A stretch of DNA of 64,000 nucleotides from a virus. The stretch lies in IMG/VR virus record IMGVR_UViG_3300045988_130630; one strand, given 5' to 3'. Position numbers and translations under genes: made by a program. Shown here piece by piece: positions 10,193 through 20,640 of this stretch (position 1 is the first letter of the stretch; the number at the start of each line of letters is the position of its first letter). The notes beneath the pieces are model-generated. The model did no database searches and was not told the DNA's origin. It saw only the letters and a program-made list of their open reading frames with translations.

Positions 10193-11455
10193 TTACATAT
10201 GTTCAGCTAATGCCGCAATTTTAGAACGATGAATTTGTTTTAATTCAATTTCACCATATACATCTGATCCTCTAAATACTTTAGAAGCACGACGCATACC
10301 ATTATTGGCTCCAGCAAAAGCAATATCATCAACTTGGGTTTTATCATCGCCATCAATGATACAAATACCATCTTCACCAATACGCTGCAAGGTCAATTTC
10401 ATAAGCGAAATATCCATATTTTGTGCTTCAGAAATATAAATACCTGCTTTCATTCCAGTAGTGTCATAACCACGGATATCACTTAATGGTAAAAGAACTA
10501 ATTGTTCGTTTTCAATCATGCGCTCAACTGCTAAGCGACCACCAAATTTACTAATTAAAAGATTGCCAATTTGGCTATCAAGTAATTTTTCATCTCGAGT
10601 GCCAGGATAAAAACCTAATTTCGCGGAATTTTTAGTGGCAATTGTATTACAAAATACAATGATTTTATCAATGCGCCCACGTTCAAATTGATTCATTAAA
10701 AATGCTAAACTTAAATAAGTTTTACCTGAACCCGCAGGGCCACGAACCATAGTAATAGTATTATTAATAAGACTATCTGCGAATAAAGCTTGATAAGGGT
10801 CATCTTTCATAGGTTTTACTTTTCCAAATTGAGTAGAATCAAAATTACCAAATGAAATAGGGCGATAACCATCACCAGTATAACATACTTTATCAACGAT
10901 ATTATTATCTTTATCTTTTATAATTAAATATTCATTAATATGTAAATTATAAACATTTTCATATTGGTTAGAATAAAAATCAGCCATTTCCGCATTTGAC
11001 ATTGTAATTTCCACATATCCTTTATATTCATCAATTAATTCTTCATCTATGCTTTGAATATAATCTTTGTCAAAGAAAAGATTTGCCATTGCTTTTAATG
11101 ATAAATCATTAGTGATAAATATGGTATTTGGATGGGCTAATTTAAATTCAATTGCGGTAGATAAAATTTTACTATCATCAGTAATTGGAAGGTTAGAATC
11201 TTCAATTATTTTTAATCCATCTAATTTAAATAGTTGGATAATATAATTATCAGGGTTTTCATTCAATTTATGTAATACTTTACGAGCTGAATATTTAACA
11301 TCAGCATCTTTATTTGATGATGTTTTTATATTTTCTAACTCTTTTAAAGTAATAGAAGATATAACAGGTGTATATTCTTCCTCTTGGAGAAATGTATCAA
11401 CCGCCATCAGCAAACTACAAGTATCATAAAATTTATACATCTTCGTACTCATCAT
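10193..11455 (-). CDS. phoH: PhoH-like ATPase with N-terminal PIN domain
   Basis: Walker A motif GPAGSGKT. PhoH-family C-terminal region. N-terminal PIN-like acidic residues. 420 aa. A terminator hairpin follows at 10155-10190. Confidence 0.8.
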   Translation of the reverse strand: MMSTKMYKFYDTCSLLMAVDTFLQEEEYTPVISSITLKELENIKTSSNKDADVKYSARKVLHKLNENPDNYIIQLFKLDGLKIIEDSNLPITDDSKILSTAIEFKLAHPNTIFITNDLSLKAMANLFFDKDYIQSIDEELIDEYKGYVEITMSNAEMADFYSNQYENVYNLHINEYLIIKDKDNNIVDKVCYTGDGYRPISFGNFDSTQFGKVKPMKDDPYQALFADSLINNTITMVRGPAGSGKTYLSLAFLMNQFERGRIDKIIVFCNTIATKNSAKLGFYPGTRDEKLLDSQIGNLLISKFGGRLAVERMIENEQLVLLPLSDIRGYDTTGMKAGIYISEAQNMDISLMKLTLQRIGEDGICIIDGDDKTQVDDIAFAGANNGMRRASKVFRGSDVYGEIELKQIHRSKIAALAEHM

Positions 11456-11747
11456 CTTCTTCCTCTTCTATGTTTGGTATAGCAAATCCGACTGCGTGAA
11501 TTGAAGTCTTTGTATCGGTTGCTAATTTTTCGATTTGGGAATTATACTCTGCTATTTTTAGAGTTAATTTTCCCTTTACCAATTCGAGAAAAGTTGTCAA
11601 TAAACTAACTAAACTATCTCCTATTGGGTATAAAAATGCGATAAATATTATTCCGAATATAAATGTTAAAATAAATATTCACCCTTTCATTAGGGATTTG
11701 AAGATTTTTACCTCTTAACATTTATAAAAATTTATATATTTTTATTT

Positions 11748-12185
11748 TTAATTCTTGGCCTCATTACGATGTTTACGAATACTCTGGTAAAATTTATCTT
11801 TTTCTTTTATGATATAATTTAATTCATCTTTAGCATTTTTAATAGAGTCATTTACATAACTAATATCTTCTTGTCTTTGGCGGATTTGCCGTTGAAGCAT
11901 TTTATTTTCATAGGATTTAGGATTAAAATATTTGCTTCTATTCATTGAATAATATAATTGATTTAAAGCTCTAAGTTGAATTTTTAATTCTTTTTTATAT
12001 GCTTGTAAAACTTTAATATAAGCTCGTCTATAAGCAAAATTACACCCAGTTTTTTCATTTGCCATATCCATATCATCAGGATGACATTTAGCGATACCAT
12101 AAATAATATTACCATCTTTGTCTTCAATTAAACAAGAAGCTTCACCTGATTCAGGGTTATAACTAAATAAAGGTTCTTTTTTCAA
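11748..12185 (-). CDS. hypothetical protein (145 aa)
   Basis: ORF with RBS. Last gene of the radical SAM cassette. Confidence 0.35.
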   Translation of the reverse strand: MKKEPLFSYNPESGEASCLIEDKDGNIIYGIAKCHPDDMDMANEKTGCNFAYRRAYIKVLQAYKKELKIQLRALNQLYYSMNRSKYFNPKSYENKMLQRQIRQRQEDISYVNDSIKNAKDELNYIIKEKDKFYQSIRKHRNEAKN

Positions 12186-12251
12186 AGTAGTAGAACTCCT
12201 TTCTATCTATTTCTATAAATATATTAACATAAAAATTATTAAAAAGCAAAA

Positions 12252-12282
12252 AAATAAAGGCGAAAGTATTATACTTTCGCCT
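12252..12282 (-). terminator. rho-independent terminator after the radical SAM gene
   Basis: aaaggcgaaagtattatactttcgccttt hairpin plus T-run. Confidence 0.55.
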
Positions 12283-12287
12283 TTATT

Positions 12288-13580
12288 TTAATTCAATAAT
12301 TCATCTATCCACTCTTGTTTCATATTATTCGGAAATTCTTCGTCTATATTATGTTTTTTATAATATTTATTCCAAAATTCAATGTTGGCAAGAGCGCGAG
12401 CTTTATGCATAGGACAAATATAAGTAACTCTTTTATTAAGAATTCCAGTATCTTGATAATTATATGCTTGACACCAAGCACAACCATTAGCAATAGGACA
12501 TTCACGACATTCGTCAGAAGATTGAGTATAAGAATTAATTGCTTTTAATTCTTTTGTTAATTGTTTTTGTTTTTCTGTTGTTGCTATTTCATTTTTATTT
12601 ACATTTCCTATAATAAGAGGTGGGACGGAATCGCCCAGAGCATCTTCCATATATCGTAAGCAGGGGTATAAATTACCAGTATAATTCATAGCAATCATAC
12701 TTCCATTTCCGCCGCACCAATTCTATAGATCATCTTTATTAGTCCAATCTTTTGGTCTAAATAATTTCAAATCTGGATATTCAAAAAATGAAATATATAC
12801 ATCTTCTTCTAAATTATTATCAAGGAGATATTGTCCTAATTCTTGTAATTGTTTATAGTAAATTTTGGCGTGTTCTAAAGTCCAACCTTTTTCAAAAATT
12901 ACATTCCCTAATATAGAAGTAAATCCTATATCTAAAAGAGCTTTTACGGCATCATTTAAATACATAACATTATCAGGAGATAAAGTAATTTTTGAGCAGG
13001 GATATTCTCCAGTTTTTTCTCGCCAGTCTTTTATCGCTTTTACTACAATATCATAACTACCAGAGCCATCAGGAAATTTTCTACAAGCATCATGCAATTC
13101 TTTATTACCATCAATACTAATAGAAACAGATAGCCATTGCTTATATTTATCTAAAAATTTTTGTACTTTTGGATCAAAATATAATGTTCCATTAGTACAA
13201 ATTAAAAATCTTGTAAAATAAATTAATGGACTGTTCATTTCAATTAATTTAGAAATTGTATAATCCATTACTTTATCTATTAAATCTAAATTTAAAAAAG
13301 GTTCTCCACCAATAAAATCAAAGACTAAACCTATAATATTATCTGGGTCAAAGTAATCATTTTTCTAAGGATTTACTATTAACATATCAATATATTTTTT
13401 AGCTGTTTCAAAATCCATTAAATGATTTTTTTTACAAGTTTGATAACAATAACTACATCTTAAATTACAAGCGTCAGTGACCTGTAAAGTTATATCAAAA
13501 ACTTTATCGCTTTCATTTTTCCATAGTTCTGGATATAATCTTTGAATTGTATCACTATACTATTCGAATTTACGTCTCAT
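12288..13580 (-). CDS. radical SAM enzyme with SPASM/twitch C-terminal domain (3 in-frame TAG)
   Basis: Hand translation from ATG at about 13580: MRRKFE*YSD...TDACNLRCSYCYQ (CxxxCxxC). A TAG follows at about 13370 and another at 12723, joining the ORFs 12723-13268 and 12288-12698. C-terminal CPIANGCAWCQ...CPMHK cysteine cluster. TAA stop, then a terminator hairpin. Confidence 0.65.
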
Positions 13581-13885
13581 TCAGCATTATCATTAATTGT
13601 TATTGTAATAATTTTTGCTTGGAAGTCAATACTCCAATAGGCATTATTACCATATTTTTCTAAATCATAATATTTTCCAACTTTATTTCTAATTTTATCA
13701 TATTCAATAAATTTTTCAACGTATTCTTGATGATATCTTTTATAATTATCAGTATCCATATTATTAAATGAAGTGCTATTCATCATATAAGTAATAATAC
13801 TTTGACGAGCAAGAAGATCTTGATAAGCTCGTTCTAATTTATCATTTAATTCTACATTATTAGCATTTACTGTAATTGTTTTCAT
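13577..13885 (-). CDS. hypothetical protein (102 aa)
   Basis: AAAGGAG RBS. Its TGA stop overlaps the ATG of the radical SAM gene (ATGA), which suggests translational coupling. Confidence 0.4.
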   Translation of the reverse strand: MKTITVNANNVELNDKLERAYQDLLARQSIITYMMNSTSFNNMDTDNYKRYHQEYVEKFIEYDKIRNKVGKYYDLEKYGNNAYWSIDFQAKIITITINDNAE

Positions 13886-13911
13886 TATTTTTCTCCTTTT
13901 TATCTTATAAA

Positions 13912-14626
13912 TTAACTTTTTAAAATTTTAGAATATAAAGACTTTAAAGCAGTAATTGCTTTCTGCATTTCAGATTTAGTACAGACATTTCCATTATAAG
14001 AAGTGTTCTACATTTTAGAAATATTTGTGAATATTTCATTTTTTAAGTTTGTATTAACTTTACTGTTAGAAGAAACTTTTGTAGGTAAAGTACTATATCC
14101 ACGTCTAGATAATTCTTTATTTAACATAGTATAAATATTTGCAATATCAGCAGCATATAAAACGATTCTTAAATTAATAGAATTATAAAGATTTACATTA
14201 GCTGAAGTGGTACATCCATTATCGCAGCCTCCCGTACAATTGCCAGTACAAGCAGAACAGTCATGCCTACAACTAGCACTGCATCCAACACATCCGCCAG
14301 AACAGCTTCCACTACAATCGGTGCGACAACTAGCACTACATCCAACACATCCGCCAGAACAGCTTCCACTACAATCGGTACTGCAAGAACTGCCACATCC
14401 AGAGCAACCTCCATCACATCCGCCTGAACAACTATTACTACAAACTCCTCCGCATCCGGAGCAACTTCCATCACAGTCTCCTCTACAACTTCCTTGGCAT
14501 TGGCTAGTGCCGCAAGTTTCACACATAGAACAATTACCGCCACAACCATGGTCACATCCATTACTACAGCTTACAAAGCAAGTTCCGACACAACCCTATG
14601 TAGTACAATTAGCCATATGTTATGTC
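13912..14626 (-). CDS. Cys/Gly/Ser-rich repeat protein (CSGSCSGGCVGCSASCRxDCSG repeats), 2 in-frame TAG
   Basis: AGGAGG RBS then MANCTT*GCVG...(CxxC repeats)...NISKM*NTSYNGNVCTKSEMQKAITALKSLYSKILKS. 63-nt tandem repeats are visible at 14220-14460. TAA stop. Confidence 0.55.
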
Positions 14627-14636
14627 CTCCTTACAT

Positions 14637-15087
14637 TAAATTTTTTACAATATTTTCTAATTCATCTAATTTGTTAAATAATTGATATTTAATAAATATG
14701 CTACTTAATAAAGAATAATATCTTAAAGAATTATTTTCTTTTATTTTATAATTCTTAAAGAATTCTATATTATTTTCTTTTGTGTCTGAATCTAACTTTA
14801 CTTCTAAAAATAGATAATCAATAGCAGTTAAAACTTGAGTATTATTTTTTAGATAACTAATTTTATTAATGAAATCTTGTAATTTGTCAATCTATTCTAA
14901 ATTTCTAAGATTTTCAAAATTTTGAATATTATAAAAAATTATTGCAATAGTTTCTTGATATTCGATATCAGAAATTTCATTTAACTATAAAATCAATTCA
15001 TTGTCATCAAATAAAATACCATTTTCTAACTCTTTAGAAACTTTAATTTTTAAAAGTAAAACATCTTTTTCGGATAGAGACATTTTA
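14637..15087 (-). CDS. hypothetical protein (about 150 aa, 2 in-frame TAG)
   Basis: AAGAAAGG RBS then MNKMSLSEKDV...ELIL*LNEIS...NLE*IDKL...KNLM. Ends with TAA directly before the RBS of the Cys-rich gene. Confidence 0.35.
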
Positions 15088-15274
15088 TTCATCCTTTCTT
15101 TAATATAAATTATAGCAAAATTTTTTTGATTTTGCAAATTTTTTATTTACCTAATTTATTTATAAATATTGGGTTTATTTTTAATGAGAAATGGCCTTTT
15201 AGGTTTTTGCTAAAAAAATTTCTATGGGTGTGAACAATTGGAACTACGGCCGATCGCGTTGATCAGGGATAAAA

Positions 15275-15312
15275 AAAATAGACACTATGAAATAATCATA
15301 GTGTCTACTTAA
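15275..15312 (-). terminator. rho-independent terminator after the flotillin gene
   Basis: tagacactatg...catagtgtcta hairpin followed by T8. Confidence 0.55.
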
Positions 15313-15313
15313 A

Positions 15314-16699
15314 TTACTTATTCAATGCCTTTGTAAGCATCTCTTTGATGTCGATGCCATTTTCAGACATTGCTTCAATGACCTGGTTTGCGGAACCCAT
15401 AACATCCTTTACAAGACGAGCAGAGTTTCCATCGCCATACTGGACGATCTTATCCACATTGGTAAGAGGGGCTGCCGCATTTGCCACGATTTGAGGCATT
15501 GCATTGAAATACATTTCAATGATAGAAGCTTCACCCATCTTCTTTTGTGCTTCTGCTTTCTTGTCGATTGCTGTAGCTTCGGCTTCACCAACAGCCGCAA
15601 TACCAGCAGCTTTCTGTTCGGCTGCGAACTTTTCTGCTTCAGCGCGAGCACGCATAGCTTTTGCTTCCTGCTCGATCTCATAAGCCTTAGCTTCAGCATC
15701 CTTCTGACGACGAATCAGGTCTGCTTCAGCCGCCTTTTCCGCAGCATACTTATCAGCATCAGCCTGCTTACGAACCAATGCAGTCAGTTCGTATTCCTTA
15801 AGCTCGATTTCTTTCTGCTTCAGTTCAGCTTCACGCTCAGCCTTTGCGATATTCGCGTTAGTTGCCGCAACATCCTTGAGCTTACGCTGATTTTCAGACT
15901 CAATACCAGCAGCCGCTTCTGCCTGAGCTTTCTTGGTATCAGCTTCCTGCTTCAACTGAGCCTGCTTAATAGCAAGATCGTTATTGCGGATTGCGATTTC
16001 CTCAGCGGCCTTAACCTTAGCGTCATTAGACTGCTTAGCATTTTCCGCACGAGCGACCTCAATCTCACGTTCCGCATTGGACTTAGCAATTGCCGCGTTC
16101 TTGCTAATCTGAGCGACATTATCAATACCGAGGTTAGTGATAACATCATTATCATCAGAGAAGTTCTGAACGTTAAAGGTAATCAGCTCAAGACCATAAC
16201 GTGCCAGATCAGGAACTGCATTCTCCTGGACTTTCTCACTAAACAACTTACGATCGCTAACCATATCAGTCAACTTCATCTGACCGACGATCTCACGAAT
16301 ATTACCTTCAAGAAGGTCGTTAATCTTACGAGAAATTTCATCACGGCCTACGTTAAGGAAGTTCTGAGCGGCGAGCGCAATCATTTCAGGATCTCTACCC
16401 ACACGAACAGAAACCGTAGAATCAACACGAACGTTAATGTATTCGGCAGTAGGGACCGCAGATCCAGTCTTTACATCAATTTGGATAGCTCCGAGAGCAA
16501 GCTTATCCAAACGTTCGAAGAAAGGAATCTTCAAGCCAGCTTTACCAACAAGAATTCGAGGTTTCTTATGGACACCACTGATGATATAAGCCATATCAGG
16601 CGGAGCCTTTACATAACCATTGAGGAAAATGAAAATTACCAGTAGCGCGATAAGAACTACAGGAATCGCCGGAAGGATAAATGAAATAATAGCGGGCAT
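15314..16699 (-). CDS. flotillin / SPFH (band-7) domain protein
   Basis: N-terminal TM segment, then SPFH domain (GAIQIDVKTGSAVPTAEYINVRVDSTVSVRVG). C-terminal Ala/Glu/Lys-rich coiled coil (flotillin-like). 461 aa. GC is visibly higher than neighbouring genes. A terminator hairpin follows. Confidence 0.8.
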   Translation of the reverse strand: MPAIISFILPAIPVVLIALLVIFIFLNGYVKAPPDMAYIISGVHKKPRILVGKAGLKIPFFERLDKLALGAIQIDVKTGSAVPTAEYINVRVDSTVSVRVGRDPEMIALAAQNFLNVGRDEISRKINDLLEGNIREIVGQMKLTDMVSDRKLFSEKVQENAVPDLARYGLELITFNVQNFSDDNDVITNLGIDNVAQISKNAAIAKSNAEREIEVARAENAKQSNDAKVKAAEEIAIRNNDLAIKQAQLKQEADTKKAQAEAAAGIESENQRKLKDVAATNANIAKAEREAELKQKEIELKEYELTALVRKQADADKYAAEKAAEADLIRRQKDAEAKAYEIEQEAKAMRARAEAEKFAAEQKAAGIAAVGEAEATAIDKKAEAQKKMGEASIIEMYFNAMPQIVANAAAPLTNVDKIVQYGDGNSARLVKDVMGSANQVIEAMSENGIDIKEMLTKALNK

Positions 16700-16725
16700 A
16701 AATAATTCTCCTTATTTATTTAATT

Positions 16726-16989
16726 TTAAATTTTATACTTATATTTGAATAATGCTTCAATAGCATCATCAATCGAATTATAGTATCCATTATGTTCAAA
16801 TTCTCCATCTTCATCCCATAAAAAAGAGATTTCTACACCTAATGGACCTTGTTCCAATTTTTCTTTTACTTCTTTGTAAATTGCTTCTTCCATTTGTCTT
16901 GTTATTAATTTTTCCCAATCTTCATAGGACATTTTTCCAGTAATGAGTTTTTTTGTTAAATCATTACCTTTATAATCATAAAGTGCCAT
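16726..16989 (-). CDS. hypothetical protein (87 aa)
   Basis: ORF only. Confidence 0.3.
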   Translation of the reverse strand: MALYDYKGNDLTKKLITGKMSYEDWEKLITRQMEEAIYKEVKEKLEQGPLGVEISFLWDEDGEFEHNGYYNSIDDAIEALFKYKYKI

Positions 16990-16999
16990 TTAATTTTCC

Positions 17000-17560
17000 T
17001 CATTCATCAAGAAATGATTTACATTCCTCAACTTTGGCTTTCATAGCATCAATGATTACATCAAGATTAATTGGATAGCCATGATGAGAATCAACACCTA
17101 CATGATACATATAAGGTCGATCTTCAAAGAAGTTAGTGGTTTGATGAGTATGACCGTAAAGATTCAAAGTCATTTGATGAAGATTTTCTCTTTCAAGATT
17201 GCCAGTCATACAAGGGAAATGGGTCATAAAGAAATGGTATTTACGATAATTTAGCATAATCGCCCAATCCATTTCAACAACATTAGGCAAATCTGCGTAA
17301 AGTTTCTGCCGAGTTGCTGTATCATGGTTGCCAAATACAATATGAAATTTGCCTTTAAGACGTTTAACATATTCAATATTAGAAGGTTCTCCAAGCATTA
17401 AATCACCAAGAATATAAACATCATCTTCATCAGAAACGATGCTATTCCATTTCTCAACATAATCTTCATTCATTTCTTCAATTGAAGAATAACCGCGAGC
17501 TTTCCAAATAAATTCTCGATCATGTCCAAAGTGCATATCACTGGTTAAAAAGATTGCCAT
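17000..17560 (-). CDS. metallophosphoesterase (calcineurin-like)
   Basis: DMHFGHD, GDLMLGE, GNHD and GHTH motifs. 186 aa. Overlaps the upstream kinase ORF by 16 nt. Confidence 0.7.
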   Translation of the reverse strand: MAIFLTSDMHFGHDREFIWKARGYSSIEEMNEDYVEKWNSIVSDEDDVYILGDLMLGEPSNIEYVKRLKGKFHIVFGNHDTATRQKLYADLPNVVEMDWAIMLNYRKYHFFMTHFPCMTGNLERENLHQMTLNLYGHTHQTTNFFEDRPYMYHVGVDSHHGYPINLDVIIDAMKAKVEECKSFLDE

Positions 17561-18075
17561 GTATGAATCACTTCTCCTTTTTCATTAACCTCTTGGATAA
17601 GGTTATATTTAATATATTCTTTAAAAGTGGGAGGAGTAAAAGAATTTGCCATACTCCGAATTACTTCTTCTGGAACCTGCGCTCGACCATCACGCTGTTT
17701 ATTGCGCTCAATACAAACTTCAACAGGAACATTAAAATAAATAATATTCACATTAAGATTTGCATATCCTTTTGCGTTAATTGCTTTAAGAAGTTTCTTG
17801 CGAGAGCCGGGTCCAAGATGCGTAGCATCTGCATACACATCATCATAGTCTCTTAAAGAAAGAGTAATTGCTTCAACAAAAGCGTGCCATACGCTTTCTT
17901 CTTTGGCAAAATAACTTTCATCATCATTTAACATTTGAAAACGAATTGCATCACGAGAAACAACACAACCACATTGAGGCCAACGATTTTTAAGGAACGT
18001 GCTTTTGCCCGATGCTGGCACTCCGGACATAATCCAAAGATTCTTTTGCTTCATCTTTATACACCCCATTCTCAA
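17545..18075 (-). CDS. P-loop nucleotide/polynucleotide kinase-like protein
   Basis: Walker A motif GVPASGKST. AAA_33/Pnk-like size (176 aa). Fused in operon with the metallophosphoesterase. This resembles a split Pnkp with kinase and phosphoesterase on separate ORFs. Confidence 0.55.
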   Translation of the reverse strand: MRMGCIKMKQKNLWIMSGVPASGKSTFLKNRWPQCGCVVSRDAIRFQMLNDDESYFAKEESVWHAFVEAITLSLRDYDDVYADATHLGPGSRKKLLKAINAKGYANLNVNIIYFNVPVEVCIERNKQRDGRAQVPEEVIRSMANSFTPPTFKEYIKYNLIQEVNEKGEVIHTWQSF

Positions 18076-18274
18076 AATTTTCTTTAAACTCTTCTACTTC
18101 TTCTGGAGTTCTACATTCGATATGATTTACTTCTTCTTTGCAATAAATACAATACAACTTTTTACGATGAAATTTACCATGTTGAAGACTTACTCGACGA
18201 GATAAAGGAATTCCTTTTCGTCCACAATTCATACAGTAAAAATCATGGTTTTCATAAGAGGCCATTTGTATCAC
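17990..18274 (-). CDS. Zn-ribbon protein (94 aa)
   Basis: CMNCGRK...CIYCKEE motif. Confidence 0.3.
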   Translation of the reverse strand: MIQMASYENHDFYCMNCGRKGIPLSRRVSLQHGKFHRKKLYCIYCKEEVNHIECRTPEEVEEFKENFENGVYKDEAKESLDYVRSASIGQKHVP

Positions 18275-18477
18275 TCCTTTGATCTTGAATGAGAAGGAAT
18301 TGCAATATTAATAAAAATCTTAATGACAAACATCTGCCAATAAGTAATGCTTGGAAAACAAAACCAAGGAATAAGAGCGGTATTCCAAATAAATAGCATA
18401 ATAGCTACTTCAATGAACATAAAAGCTACACTTGCGACTGCCCAAGAAATATCATCATAATCGTTCATTTTTATCAA
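18271..18477 (-). CDS. small membrane protein (68 aa)
   Basis: Hydrophobic. Has a promoter copy upstream. Confidence 0.3.
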   Translation of the reverse strand: MIKMNDYDDISWAVASVAFMFIEVAIMLFIWNTALIPWFCFPSITYWQMFVIKIFINIAIPSHSRSKE

Positions 18478-18480
18478 TTC

Positions 18481-18539
18481 CTTTCTTAACCTTATATATA
18501 TATTATATATTATTTTTTATAAAAAATCAATAAAGATCT
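18481..18539 (-). promoter_or_regulatory. phage promoter copy
   Basis: tatatatattatatattattttttataaaaaatcaat. Reverse complement: TTGATT-N17-TATAAT plus the AAGG leader. Confidence 0.55.
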
Positions 18540-18818
18540 TTATACTTCCTTTAAATGATTTTCGCATTCTTCAGCATCATATTCAACAGTTAAATTTGTA
18601 GCATCAAGATAACCACCATCATAGTAAAGTATATCGTGTTTAACAGTAGCATTTTTATAAATTTCTTCCTCGTTAGTATCTTTTACAATTTCAAAAAGAT
18701 CACATAAAAATCTACAAGCAGATTCAATGGTGTCAAATTCAAGAGCTTTATCATCCCAACAGAGTGGATTAACACCCTCTTTTGTTTCATAAATATGATA
18801 TTTCATACCTCTAACCAT
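18540..18818 (-). CDS. hypothetical protein (92 aa)
   Basis: ORF only. Confidence 0.3.
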   Translation of the reverse strand: MVRGMKYHIYETKEGVNPLCWDDKALEFDTIESACRFLCDLFEIVKDTNEEEIYKNATVKHDILYYDGGYLDATNLTVEYDAEECENHLKEV

Positions 18819-18829
18819 TATTTTTCTCC

Positions 18830-19549
18830 TTACATAGTAAATTCAATAGTCTCGAATGTATCAAGATCAATAAGACAAGTTTTTCCAGTAGCAAAAGAAC
18901 CATTATCAATATCGCACTTATGTCCATCGCAATACCAAAAATGATTCATATTTTCCAAATCAAAATCTTTATAGCTTTTACCTACTGCAATATAAGGATC
19001 ATAATTAGGCATCAGTAGAAAAGGCGTATGGCCATGAATACAGAAAGTGCGGTCCGCGGGCGAACCTTCGGGCCACGGATCATAGAAATGATCTCGACTC
19101 CAAATTAAATTATAAGAATTAGGACTATCGCCAAGAGTATAACCGGCATGAGAAAGAAGAATAATTTGATTATTCTTATTCACATGGGTTTTTTGCAGAG
19201 GAAGTTTAGCAAGTTCACGATACCATCCAGGATTAGCATGTTCTCCAATTTGCCAATCTTCAAATGTTTTTGCTCCACTATTATTACAAAGAAGAGCATA
19301 TGCTCGACTAAAATTTTCATCTTTAAGATAATCTTTCATAGCTTCAAATAGCATATCTTCATGATTACCTTTAAGATAAATAACTCTTTTATCTGCAAGA
19401 GCGTCTTTAATAATTTCCCAACCATTATTTCCACGGTCCGCGCAATCACCCAGACAATAAAGAGTATCAGTCGGATCAAGATATTTCATAATTTGATCCC
19501 AAAGGGGCTTCATACCATGAATATCACTAACCGCATATGTTTTATTCAT
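18830..19549 (-). CDS. PPP-family Ser/Thr (lambda-like) protein phosphatase
   Basis: DIHG, GDCADRG and GNHE motifs. 239 aa. Confidence 0.7.
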   Translation of the reverse strand: MNKTYAVSDIHGMKPLWDQIMKYLDPTDTLYCLGDCADRGNNGWEIIKDALADKRVIYLKGNHEDMLFEAMKDYLKDENFSRAYALLCNNSGAKTFEDWQIGEHANPGWYRELAKLPLQKTHVNKNNQIILLSHAGYTLGDSPNSYNLIWSRDHFYDPWPEGSPADRTFCIHGHTPFLLMPNYDPYIAVGKSYKDFDLENMNHFWYCDGHKCDIDNGSFATGKTCLIDLDTFETIEFTM

Positions 19550-19560
19550 AAAATATCAAT

Positions 19561-19620
19561 CCTTTTTTAATTTATATATATATTATAATATATTTTTATA
19601 AAAAAATCAAGAGTGAGAAA
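19561..19620 (-). promoter_or_regulatory. phage promoter copy
   Basis: Same motif. Confidence 0.55.
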
Positions 19621-19908
19621 TTATCCCACTCTTGTAAGCTTCATAAATAGATTACAAATGTTTACTCCTAAGCAACTTGCTAAAATCCAAATGTTCCAAT
19701 ATAGCATTTTATCAATGTCTTTATACTTTTTAACAAAAGTGCATTGAATCCACTGGATAAAGCAAAAACACCAAATGGCAAAACAAGCCCAAAACAAAGC
19801 TAAAAACAAATAATACATTTAATTTCCCTCTCTTTAAATAAAAATGATAATTATTGGGCTAACTGAGAAAATCAATACTAAATAATTTTAAAATAATATT
19901 GAAAGGAT

Positions 19909-20634
19909 GTGGTTTATTTGAAAATTGATTTAACAAATAAACAATGTGAAAATTTTAAAGTTATAAATCGAAATATTGAAAAAAAAGGTAAAAATGTTTG
20001 GTGGAATTGTCAATGTAAATGTGGTAAAATGTTTACAGCAACAACTACTGATATTAATAGAGGCATTATTAAATCTTGCGGTTGTATGAAATCTGAATTA
20101 TTAAGCAAAGCTCATCTACAAGATTTAACAGGAAAAACATTTGGAGAGTTATACGTAATTCGTAGAAACAAAGAAGCTCAAATTAATGGGCATAAAGCTA
20201 CAACTATGTATGATTGTCAATGTTCTTGTGGTAATATTATTACTGTAGAAAGAGGTAAGTTAATATCAAGAGGTCAAAAATCTTGTGGATGTAAAAATTC
20301 TATTGGGGAGTTAAATATTAACAAATTATTAACTGATAATAACATAAATTATATTTCTCAATATACAAATTAGAGCTTAAAAACTCAAAACAACGGTTTT
20401 TTAAGATTTGATTTTGCTATACTTGATAAAGAAAATAATGTTATTCGTTTAATTGAATTTGATGGTCCACAACACACTAAAACAGTTGAGTATTTTAATA
20501 AAACAGATTTATTAAAAGAAGTCCAAGCAAGAGATGAATTAAAAAATAATTATGCAAAAAATAATAATATCCCTTTAGTAAGAATTCCTTATTATAAAAG
20601 AGATACTATTAAAATTGAAGAATTATTAGGGGAT
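19909..20634 (+). CDS. Zn-ribbon repeat plus DUF559/Vsr-like PD-(D/E)XK nuclease (homing-endonuclease-like), 1 in-frame TAG
   Basis: The only clear plus-strand gene. CxxC repeats, then a TAG at 20371-20373. The frame continues as LRFDFAILD...IEFDGPQH...PLVRIPY (DUF559-like). Paralogous to 24352-25079 and 26659-27452. Confidence 0.5.
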
Positions 20635-20640
20635 CAGTTT

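Noticed and set aside
13577-13580. Possibility that TGA is also recoded
   Set aside because: TGA terminates ORF 13577-13885 cleanly, overlapping the next start (ATGA). No gene was found that requires TGA read-through.
14193-14677. ORFs 14193-14561 (-) and 14207-14677 (+) with Pro/His/Gln-rich products
   Set aside because: They are alternative-frame or antisense readings of the GC-rich Cys-codon repeats of the Cys-rich protein gene.
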